Source: an uncultured virus (IMG/VR IMGVR_UViG_3300008255_000103) (lineage: Duplodnaviria; Heunggongvirae; Uroviricota; Caudoviricetes). Taken from it: a stretch of 64,000 bases of DNA. The position numbers were made by a program, and so were the translations under genes. The DNA lies in IMG/VR virus record IMGVR_UViG_3300008255_000103, positions 1 through 64,000 of that record. One strand, 5' to 3'. The notes under the pieces were generated by a model, which did no database searches, was not told the DNA's origin, and saw only the letters and a list, made by a program, of their open reading frames with translations. Each line of letters opens with the position of its first letter. The stretch's first letter is position 1. Shown here one piece after another: positions 49,263 through 60,100 of this stretch.

Positions 49263-49295
49263 ATATCACAGTATTAGTATTTTGCAAAACTTTAT

Positions 49296-50042
49296 TTAAC
49301 TCCACAAATTGCGCCTAATTTTCATCAATCTCGCAATCATTTCATCTGTCTTACGCTCAAACTCTTCTTCCATAGCTCTCATTTTTTTCCATAAATATTC
49401 AGTATTATTTGCTTTTTCTTTTCTCGATATAGACCATTGATGTCGCATATTCTCATATGCTTTATATTCAATTTTTCTATCATAAGTCCACCACTTATGA
49501 ATGGCTAATATTTCAAAATATATTTCCCTTTGAGATATTAGAGATTTCTGAGACCACTTTAGAAGGTCATTTTCAGCATTTTTAATTTCTTCTTCTGTAG
49601 GACAATATAAATTTGGAAGTTCATATTTAACAAATTCATCTAATAGATTAAACATAGCAAATAGCATTCTTTCAGGAGTATCTCTCCAACCATATTTATA
49701 TTCATCTACATCATAACCATCTTTAGACTTGGGCTGTCTTAAATCTAACATATGATATCTACGACTTGGTATACTATGAGACACAAACCAATATTTTAAC
49801 TCTTTAATTGGTTTATATACAGGGTATACTAGTTTATATTTCACAAAATCTGATGCTGTTTCTGCAAAGAAATATCTAATAGGATACTTTTCTTTTACAT
49901 CAGCATGCCAGTCTTCCCAAGTATACCCTTCACAATCAGGAGTAAATTGTCTGGACTGCAAGGCATCACAGTCGCTTTTACCTAACTCTTTTGCACCAGG
50001 TAGCTTAAATAATTTTCTAAAAAACAACATAAAAATTTCCAC
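49296..50042 (-). CDS. Hypothetical phage protein
   Basis: W/Y-rich helical ORF ending RRNLWS. Confidence 0.65.
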   Translation of the reverse strand: MEIFMLFFRKLFKLPGAKELGKSDCDALQSRQFTPDCEGYTWEDWHADVKEKYPIRYFFAETASDFVKYKLVYPVYKPIKELKYWFVSHSIPSRRYHMLDLRQPKSKDGYDVDEYKYGWRDTPERMLFAMFNLLDEFVKYELPNLYCPTEEEIKNAENDLLKWSQKSLISQREIYFEILAIHKWWTYDRKIEYKAYENMRHQWSISRKEKANNTEYLWKKMRAMEEEFERKTDEMIARLMKIRRNLWS

Positions 50043-50097
50043 GCAAGTGATTTCTCACAATGTAAATCATTTTTATTTTATATCAACCGTCACTAAA

Positions 50098-53000
50098 TTA
50101 AAGAGATAATGGAGGCATATTTGGCGTAAAATTGTAACTATGAGCCACAGTGTCGCTTGTACTGCCATCACCAGAGGTATTGTAAGGATTATTATATGTC
50201 ATTACCAAACGAGCCATCTTACATATAGCAGCCTCCGTCGCGCTGCCTGGCGACAAGCTCAAATGTATTTCATATACAAAATCAGATGCCCCCTCAGATA
50301 ATAACGTAGCAATATTGTTTGATGCAAGATACGTAGCTTCAGTATTTGTAGTTGTCATACCAGTTAAAGCAATATATGTATGCGTAGACACATTATATAG
50401 TTGTATCTCTGCAGTATTAGCTACATTTGTAGTTTCCAATATAACTTCAAGCTTAATTTCCTTTAGTGCTTGACCAATATATTGATCAAATCTAAATGGG
50501 AAAGCGCCAATTACTGTTGGAGAAACACTGTCATTAGAGAATACACCAGCAGTACCATAAACATAAACTGGATTCTTATAATAAAAGCTAGGATCTAATA
50601 ATCCATAACCATCTGTCTTGGGAACCCTATTAGCATCAATAGCACCACGAGAGAAAGCAATAACACCTTCAAGATCATAGATAAACTGATAACTTAAAGC
50701 TCCACCAGAACTCATTAATACAGTTCCATAAGGACCAGTATCATTAAGTCCAGTACCACCATGCACTATTGGTAATACTCCAGTTACCTCTGTCTCTAAA
50801 TCTATTAATGTTGTAGGTCCAGCATCTCCAGGTCCATTAAACACACTAATTAATGATAATATATTTCTAACCTTAGTAGAATCCACATATAATGGTAGAT
50901 TGTTAAAACCACTCTTCTTTAAATAAACACTAATTTGAATCTTAGTACGTAATGTTAGATAGACTGCATCTTCATATAAATTAGTAAAATTAAGAGTTAA
51001 TAAACCATTTTCATAATCTACAGATACTCCAATTTTTCCATCTACGACTACACCAGAATATCCGTCAGAATCTACACCATCTGTATTTGGAGAGAATGAC
51101 TGAACTGCAACAGAGAATCTAACCTGATCATTAGTTAATGCATTGCTTTCTACAAAAGAACAATCAGCGAATCTCATTGCAGGGAATCCAAGCGAAGTGA
51201 CACCTGTTGGTAAATTCGTAGTTCCATCTAATGTTGTTGCAATAAAATCTTGCAATATATTTAGAGTCTTTTCAGATGTATATAATCCATTAGGTATTTC
51301 TAATACTATTGTTCCAACTTCAAAATCTACCTTATAGAAAGATCCATCGAGATTCTTTAAGTCTCCCTCTCCTATAATAATGTTATTTGGTGCAAAGATA
51401 TCTACGATACCAGGATCAAAAGTAGGTTGTTCTCCATATGTATTACACAATATACCATCTAAAGAACAAGGATGTCTTCCAGAACCAGTTTGTGAAGTAA
51501 ATACTGTTGGAACTAATTTTGTTTTACTATTACTAACGATTAAACTCTCGTTCCATGTTAATTGCTTTTGAACATTAAATGTAACAGGGATAGTGTAGAA
51601 ATCATGACTTGCAAAATAATCATTATCAGTAAATACATCTTGTGGCGGATGAATTTCAGTAGATCTACCAGTTGAAACAGACGAATAGTCATCTGTTCTG
51701 TCAATGAATTTTTCAACTTTTAGTCTAAGAACATTAAACTTATTTCCAATTTTTGTATATGGATCGGTCGTTGGAGCAGGATATGTTGAATATGGCGATA
51801 AAACATAAGGAATACGATCTATATAATTTTGTAATAAATATCCATCACTTAAAGTAATTGCAAAATCTCCATCAATATCTGCTCTAAGTATTTGAGCAAG
51901 CGTATCACCAGTTAATATTACTTTTCTAATTGTAATAACGTCAGTGATTCCATCAATAGCAGTTATACTAAATCCGCCCGAATTAGTTAAAGTAGTTGAT
52001 AATACAACTAATGTATAATCTGATAGTCCAACAATAGTTCCAAAGGATATTGAAGAAGATGTAAATTTAGCCAATCTATCATCATTAGGATTTGCTATCA
52101 ATACACCATCTGTTGCACTAGCAACAACAGTACCATATCCATCCACTAATTGAAATTCTATTCCATACTCATCAGAAAATGCTTCTGTGTATGCACTATA
52201 TCCATTTGTGAAAGTAGTAGTGCTACCGTCTGTTGTAATAACTGAGTCTTCTGGTAACCCTGTATTTAGATTATAATCTAAATATGACATTAGAAGAGTT
52301 AAATCATCTAAATCAACAATACCATCTCCATTTACATCTCCCAATATCATTGAACAAAGTTTTGCTTCAGATACACGATAATAAATATCTGGTTTATCTG
52401 CATCTAGAGTAAATTTTGCATCAATAAAATCACCATTTAAAATATTATATTCTAAATCAGTAACAGATGTATCGTACCTTCCAGTATCTGTTTGGTCGGT
52501 AACAATTCTTATCAAAATTTCATCTTTTACAAGCGTTGCTGAATGTAATTTAGAAGTAAACAAGGCGGTTGCTGGATCAAAAGATTTCTTGTTCTTATCT
52601 GATATTGCACCAATTAAAAATGGTTCAGATGCGGCTTCTAAATTAGCAATATCAATAGAATTTAATAATCTAATTTCTGGAACATATTGCTGACGAGAGT
52701 TAACGGACTGTCCAGTTCTTTGATCTGGTATTTGTGTACTTTCTTGAGTCGTTGCGGATACTACACCCTTATATACATCATTACCTGTAAATTGAAGTCC
52801 CTTCATGGAATAATCTATTGTTGCCAAAGATTCAGAATCAATAGTAGTCTTTGGTACAATGATGCCATGACCAGTATCATATCCTTGTCCATCTGTGATC
52901 TTTGCTGCTGAATGACAAATTCTAAACCACAAATCTTCTTCTGGAGTATCTACCCACAATGATCCTGTAAAAGTAGTAATTCTTGAATTAGGAACTCTAT

Positions 53001-54144
53001 CAGCACCATTATCAATTAAAATATCGCACTTATTTGCAGAACCAGAACGTTTTAATGAAAAAGCATAATAATTACCTGGTACAAGGATATTACCAGATGC
53101 AATTGGACTATTACTAAAAACAAAATCGACTGGTTGAGGAACAGAATTTCCATAACCATCATCTAATACAATTCCTTGCGCTTTAAGAGTATCATAATTT
53201 ATACTAATTTGAGCCAATGGAATATTATTAGGAGCAAAATCAATTGCTAAATTAGGCACAACATCTGATGGACACTCAATACTCGTTTGTAATGGATAAA
53301 TACTAAGAACTAAATCACCTGTCCATGCCAAATCTGTTTCAGCACCTAGTTCTAAGTTACGAACAGATAATAATAAAGATATCTTCTGAATATTATTGGT
53401 AGTAGCAATAAACTTTTGTCCAATTTGAGTAGTAACATCACCATTTAATAATATTTTTTGATCCTTATTTCCCGTATAGATGCCAAGGGTGTCAACGTTA
53501 TAATATGGTAATGCTTCTTGCAAAGCGACAGACAATGAAGTTGATCCATTGAAAAACAAATCTCTAAAAAATAAGTTTGGCTCTATGTCTTGTGCCAACA
53601 TTATTGGATTTCTTGACAATGTAAGTGGTTTTGCCTCTCTTATTATTAGTCTACCGCCTAGATTCATAGATAAAGAGGGATCCCCAATAAAATCATTAAA
53701 TAATAAAACTAAAATATTGGTAAAATGTTTATGACTAATTTGAATTTCATTTGTTCTGAATACAAAAGTTTCAAATTGCAAGTTGCTCTCAAAATCCAAA
53801 CCAATAATAGCGACCTTAATTGTCTTTTTACCAGCTGCCTTTGAGCCAGTTAGTTCTAACTCTAACTGATTTCCAAAATTACTATCTGCTGGTTGAGAGA
53901 TATAATAATCTGTATCTGAAGCAGGAATAGCGTCTCCATCTAAAAATCCAGTTACTAATGAAGAATCAAAAAGAATATTTTGAACTAAAACTTCTGATAG
54001 AACACCTGTTCCAATATGATTATTTATTATACCTGATTGAATGGTATCATTATAGCCCTGTTCTAAAGTTAGATCAGAGTCATCTACTTGTTCGGCATCG
54101 AACCAGATATTTTGAATGGCGGATACGGGATTTCTTTTTGTCAT
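50098..54144 (-). CDS. Large virion structural protein with split dockerin/EF-hand-like motifs
   Basis: GDVNGDGIVDLDD and ADIDGDFAITLSD motifs; LPIVHGGTG fibre motif; 5 DGY. Confidence 0.7.
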   Translation of the reverse strand: MTKRNPVSAIQNIWFDAEQVDDSDLTLEQGYNDTIQSGIINNHIGTGVLSEVLVQNILFDSSLVTGFLDGDAIPASDTDYYISQPADSNFGNQLELELTGSKAAGKKTIKVAIIGLDFESNLQFETFVFRTNEIQISHKHFTNILVLLFNDFIGDPSLSMNLGGRLIIREAKPLTLSRNPIMLAQDIEPNLFFRDLFFNGSTSLSVALQEALPYYNVDTLGIYTGNKDQKILLNGDVTTQIGQKFIATTNNIQKISLLLSVRNLELGAETDLAWTGDLVLSIYPLQTSIECPSDVVPNLAIDFAPNNIPLAQISINYDTLKAQGIVLDDGYGNSVPQPVDFVFSNSPIASGNILVPGNYYAFSLKRSGSANKCDILIDNGADRVPNSRITTFTGSLWVDTPEEDLWFRICHSAAKITDGQGYDTGHGIIVPKTTIDSESLATIDYSMKGLQFTGNDVYKGVVSATTQESTQIPDQRTGQSVNSRQQYVPEIRLLNSIDIANLEAASEPFLIGAISDKNKKSFDPATALFTSKLHSATLVKDEILIRIVTDQTDTGRYDTSVTDLEYNILNGDFIDAKFTLDADKPDIYYRVSEAKLCSMILGDVNGDGIVDLDDLTLLMSYLDYNLNTGLPEDSVITTDGSTTTFTNGYSAYTEAFSDEYGIEFQLVDGYGTVVASATDGVLIANPNDDRLAKFTSSSISFGTIVGLSDYTLVVLSTTLTNSGGFSITAIDGITDVITIRKVILTGDTLAQILRADIDGDFAITLSDGYLLQNYIDRIPYVLSPYSTYPAPTTDPYTKIGNKFNVLRLKVEKFIDRTDDYSSVSTGRSTEIHPPQDVFTDNDYFASHDFYTIPVTFNVQKQLTWNESLIVSNSKTKLVPTVFTSQTGSGRHPCSLDGILCNTYGEQPTFDPGIVDIFAPNNIIIGEGDLKNLDGSFYKVDFEVGTIVLEIPNGLYTSEKTLNILQDFIATTLDGTTNLPTGVTSLGFPAMRFADCSFVESNALTNDQVRFSVAVQSFSPNTDGVDSDGYSGVVVDGKIGVSVDYENGLLTLNFTNLYEDAVYLTLRTKIQISVYLKKSGFNNLPLYVDSTKVRNILSLISVFNGPGDAGPTTLIDLETEVTGVLPIVHGGTGLNDTGPYGTVLMSSGGALSYQFIYDLEGVIAFSRGAIDANRVPKTDGYGLLDPSFYYKNPVYVYGTAGVFSNDSVSPTVIGAFPFRFDQYIGQALKEIKLEVILETTNVANTAEIQLYNVSTHTYIALTGMTTTNTEATYLASNNIATLLSEGASDFVYEIHLSLSPGSATEAAICKMARLVMTYNNPYNTSGDGSTSDTVAHSYNFTPNMPPLSL

Positions 54145-54158
54145 GTTGATCTCATATA

Positions 54159-54178
54159 ATATGTATTAAGATTAGTTA
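54159..54178 (-). promoter_or_regulatory. Putative phage promoter motif
   Basis: TAACTAA-TCTTAAT-ACATAT, 14 nt upstream of the 54144 start. Confidence 0.4.
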
Positions 54179-54191
54179 CATACGCCATCTT

Positions 54192-57100
54192 TTATCGGGT
54201 ATATTGTATGTAGACCTTGCTATTGGCTGGTTTAAGTATTCTTATAAGCTTTTCCAAAACCTTTTGAACTTTTATACTATCATTTACTATACCAAAAGAA
54301 TCTATTATGTTGATGGAGAAGTCAAACGATCCTGTATTTCTGTTAATTATTGTTGTGAAATCTTCATTTTTTATATTTGTGACGTCACTGTCTTGTAAGA
54401 AAGTAGTATATAAATCTGCAGTTACTGGATAAACAACATTTAAATTACTGTTATAGTTAACATCTAATGGTTCATTAAATGGAGAATATACTGGTCTAGA
54501 TATATTGCTTATTCTTAAATTGTTCAACAAACCAAATAGTTTATTAGCTCCAGTATATTGTGAACCTATATGTAATGTATTTATTGGATCTTTAAATCTA
54601 ATATTTCCAACAATACTAGCTCCATGACCTACTCTTACGGATCCCATAACAGCTGGTGAGCCTCCAAAAAGAAGACCCGATCCAAACAATATACTAGAAT
54701 CATTTCCATATTGATATCCATCTAAGAATAGACTGATCTCATCTCTACCTTGACCACCATTAAGCTTATAACTTACTTTGATTCTATGCCAGGTGTTTCT
54801 TACCCAACGTGTTGGAGCGCGTACAACATAATCAGTTCCTGATGCTGATATTCCGAAATTAATGTATCCAAATTCATCTTTATATAGAGCTATACGATCT
54901 CCCTGAACTCCCTTTGGTAGATATTTAACAATAACATGTGATTTTTGAGCTGGTAATTTTTTATTCAATCTAATTACTTGGGTATTTAATGTAACATTAT
55001 TATTTTGAGTAGTTTGATAAGTTACCGAAACTACAGTATTACTAGAAGGTAGGGCTTTATTTAGATATATGGTTTTGTTATCAGTACCAATAGTTCCCTC
55101 ATTAAAATAATCAACATTAGAATAATCACCAGGTATTGTAACAGATATCACTTGTAATATTGGTAAATTAACTTGAACTGTAGTAGTGCTTGAACTTGTA
55201 TATGTTTCTCTTACTGCACGTTGTGTATCTATTTCAACTTTACCGCCTGCGAAATAATCTATATTAGGATCTCCAGATTTAAGAGTTACACTTAAAACTC
55301 TATTTATTGAATTAGATAATTTAACAGACACAAGATCTGTACTCACAGCTTCCTCAATAATCGCACTGGTAGCATCAAAATAAAATCTTGTAATAGGATC
55401 GTTAGCGGTATCATATAGTGGACTAGTCCAGAATTCTATAGATCCTTGCTTTCTCGTATCTAAAATACCATCATTAGATAATATCATTGGTTCATGAATT
55501 ATAGCAAGACTATCATCAAAATTCTCATTTACCTTAGCAGATGAGTGAAAATGCTGCTTATCTGCGTATGTATTAATATAAAAATCTGCACTATTTGTAA
55601 ATGGATACTCATCAAAGTTAATTAACATTAAAGTATCACTATCTTTCTTTAATGGTTTTAATGAGTTAAAATCCTGTGTTACAGATTTTTGATTACTAGT
55701 AACTTGTTCACCAACTCTAGTATCTGTTAACATGCTCGAATATATCTTAACTTGGTCTATTATAGAGTTTACCTGATTGCTACCAAACATATCTGAGCCT
55801 AGATATACATTATCACGGGGCATATCCAATTTAATTCTTGCATATGTATGATATTCAACCTCATAAAATCCATGAGATAACAAATAAGGAATGCTGGGCA
55901 AAACATTTACTTCTAAAGTAATAAATCCATTTTGTAAACCACTTCTATAATCATTTACATTAAGTATTTGATAAACACCATCAGTAAATGTAGGTATTGG
56001 TGATGGCGGATATGGTCCAACACTAGTTGTTTCAACAGTAAGTGTAGTTTTATCATCTGAAACTGCTAAAATCTTATAGAAACCGGCAGCAACTAATGGA
56101 GATTGAATTACTAAATAATTATCAACACAATGATCGTTAAAAGTATAATAACCATCCGTAACAGTATTATCTCCAGAACTATATAATGTAGTTCCTGTTC
56201 CAATTTGATAACTATATCTAATAACTGGTACAAGTCCGCTTGCTTCACTACGAGTAATTGGATATTTTTCTCTTACATCTATTACTAAAGCATTTTTAGA
56301 AGAATTAATTGGACGAGCAACTACATTGATATGATTTATAGATATGTATAAATTAGAAAAATCCATGGTTCCATAATCAGTAAAATACAATGTTTCACTA
56401 ACTGTATAATAACTAACGCCACCATTAATAGTAACTTCTACTGGTGTTGAAAAATCAGTATTATTTCCAGAAATAGTAACACTTATCGTTCTTCCCTGCT
56501 GACTATTAGACGGGTGTGTACATGGGAAATTAATAGAATGAAATTCTCCAGCAATAAGTGTAGAATTAGCAGGACCAATTGCTGATGTATAACCATCATT
56601 CAATATAAGTTTTGTAATATTGAGTTCATCCAAAGAAATTGGAGGTGGCATTCTGGTCATTAAGATATTCTCTACCTCATCACTCCAAACATAATATTGT
56701 TTTTTAACTTTTCTATGATTTAAACCAAGTGTTCTAATTAATACTAAATCATCAGCAAAAACAGAATTTGATATTGTTAGAATGTTATTATAATAGCCAT
56801 CTTTAGATACAGAATATGATGGTCTTGTAGCTCTCATTCCTGGAATTTCTGTTTCATCATTTGAGTAAATATTAAATGATGCACCAGATAATCCTACTGG
56901 TAAATTATCAGTTATTGTAAGAGAATTTCCTGAGACCTGAGTAATTACATAAGTAACTGGAAGTGAAGAATCATCTATTCTAATAGAATATCCTGCCAAT
57001 ACATCTTCTGTTGTAAAATTTGTTATAGCAGATGTAACTATGTTAGTTCCAATTGTTCCTGACAAATCAGAACCGGATAACATTGAACTAATAGTAGTTA

Positions 57101-60100
57101 CCTGAATATTAGGAGCAATATCGATATTAGAATCGACGGTATATTCTGTACGATTTACAGAGAACCTGCCATTTGTTAGTAAATATGGCATTGGTTGTAA
57201 GAGCGTTAATGTTTGTCCATATACAGTATCAATTGTATATCCAGAAGTATCAAAACCAATTTCATCTATAAAAATTAGATCGCCACTATAGATATTGTAG
57301 GCGCTAAAGTTTATACTTGATGTAACAGTATATCCATCTAAAATAGTCACTAAATCTGTTCCCGATATAATGTCTCTATTAGATAGACCTAAAATCTCCT
57401 CAGGATCTACTGTTCTAAATTTTTCATGTAGATATGGTTGTAGTTTTTGACTAAACTTAATAATATTGGGGACCTCAAAACCATCAACAAATAGATGCAT
57501 TTCATCTCTACTATTGATTGTATTAAGTTTCCATGATACGGCTACATGGTGTTTATCTTGTGCTTTCCATGAAGAAATATCTGTGCTAACTATATAAGGA
57601 ATCTTATCTTTATCTATTACTCTAAAGTTCAGATATCCACCAGAATCTTTAAATATAGATACTCTATTACGTAATGCGCTTTCTCCAAAATCTAATAGAT
57701 AATGAGGAAAATCAGAAAGGAAAGTAATTCCACTATCTAAAGATGAACCTCCAGTAATATTAATTGTAATACTATTGGTACCAGTAAACATACTTAAATT
57801 TGATGGTTTAGGAGATACTATGGATTTAGCATCATAGACAGTGCCGGGTGTTGTAAGTTTGATTTTATATGTAGAACTTGGAGAAGATACATAACCATCT
57901 ATTACCTGAATATACCATCTATAAAAATCTCCAGATGTATCCTTATCATAGTAAATAAATACTCCATCCTTATTTCTATTTGGATAACCATCAAGAATTG
58001 TATTCTTATTTATAGTAAATAGCCCATTATTTATTACTGGATGTATTTCGGACGTTCCAATAAATATCTCTGAAGAATCTATAGTGCTACCATTTTTCAA
58101 GATATTAAATGTTAATTCTGCATCATTATCTAAACCATTCCATTGAGGAACAACCCAGGTTTCGAATGATCCTTCTTCTAATTTGATATTAGAATTAATT
58201 GGGAAAGTTATTGTTTGATCTGATGAATTAACCAATACACCATTATTAAATTTAGCTGGTAATAATTGGAATGCTCCAGTAGTTGAAATTCCTTGTGGAG
58301 TTAGCAAACTATTACCAAGTGACCATCCAAGAAATACTGATTCAGTAATTTCAGGAGTAATATGAGATATAGTCTTTCCAATATTTTTCATAGCAGGAAT
58401 GGTTGGTCCCTGAATAAATGAAGATAGCGCTGCCATTAATGCTTCACGATATCTCTCTCTATCAAAATCAATATTAAAAGTAGTTAATTCGGGTATGTCT
58501 ACTAAATTACCAAAATTCCTATATAAAGCATCTCTTAAAGCTCCAGCCTTATATGATACATAGTATTCAGTATTTTCTGAAACACTATTGGTTGAGCGAA
58601 AATCAAGAACATTGTCCCCATATTCATAACTTAAAATTATTTCATCAGCTAAATAAGTATAATCAACAAAATAATCACCTTTATTGTAATCTACCATTAT
58701 AGTAGATAGGTTTTTAATTGTGAATGAATAAGTAATACTTACAGAGTCTCCTAAAACTGGAGAGCCATAACCAGATAAAATTAGTTTTAATGGATTTCCT
58801 GGCACTACAGTTCCAGATGAATCCCATAGTTCTTGAGAATCAGAAACTCTAATAACACTGAACGTATAAGTAATATTAGAAGAAATATATGGAATATTTT
58901 CGTTAATATTGACATAAAAATTAGTTCCATCAAATAAAACATTATCAAATATTTGTGAAGACAATGTATCAACAGAGATATTATAATCTGAGCTTATACT
59001 ACTACTTGCAAAGTTTATTGGTTTTGTACTACTCTTTAAATCATTCATTTCATAAATAGCGCGAACAAATTTAACTTGATTCGTAACGCCAGAAACAAAT
59101 GATGAATCAATAAATACTCCTATATCTCCACCATATAGATAATATGGAGCAGTTGTGGTACCATTTAGATATAATTCATCGCCATAGTCTAATGTGCTAG
59201 GAACTATAGAGCCGTCTTCAAATAATAAATAGCTAAATGTTTTACTTTTAGCATTTAATGCGCCTATACGATAATAAATATCATCTACCGAAATAAGATG
59301 GGGATATGTAGGAGAGATATGATTTGTTTTATAAGTGATATATCCAACAACATTATCCTGAGATGTAGATACTGCACAATATACAACGCCGTTAACATAA
59401 TCTATTAAATATTCCCCTATATTTTGCAATATATCTAAATTAACCGAAACGGTTTGTCTTCTATCAAACCATCTTTCAGTTACAAATATATTAGATTTTG
59501 AAAATACTATTCCAGAATTAAATGCATAACCAATTCCGTCCTCTGTCGCAGATACCAGCATGTTGTTGTTTAAAGGAATTTTAAATATTCTTTGAGAGCC
59601 GCTGTTTGTCAGAGTGTCCGTGACAAACATCATTTCATTAACTTCATCCTTGAAGGTTGCTCGCTCTCCCTCTTGAGCATTTATTCTTGGAGGATTCTGG
59701 TATTTGTAATAAATCTTATTATCATTCCATCTGGTGATATTATAAATTTCACCAGAAGTTTCGTTATAAACTCTAAAAACATTAGTAATTGGATAATTTT
59801 CAGTTTTAACTACATTTAAAGCAACTAATCTATTATCTGTACGTTCAGACATTGCTTCTTGATGTAGTGCAGATTGGTAATCTACGCCAGGAATAAAAAC
59901 TTCCTCATATGAGAATTTAACTGTTCCTGAAAAATCAACTAAACTTCCATTTGGTAAAGCAACTAACTCTAAAGAATCATAATCATAAACATAATCAATT
60001 TCAGATTGATATGTATATCTATACTTATAAGTTGCTAATGGAGGAAATGCACCAGTACCGTCATTATTTATGTCTGCACCATATACATATACAGTTCCAG

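Noticed and set aside
41756..49295. Gene-end stubs flanking the endonucleases at 41877 and 48552
   Set aside because: Looked for but no convincing duplicated termini; KILIL upstream of 49262 is too short to support
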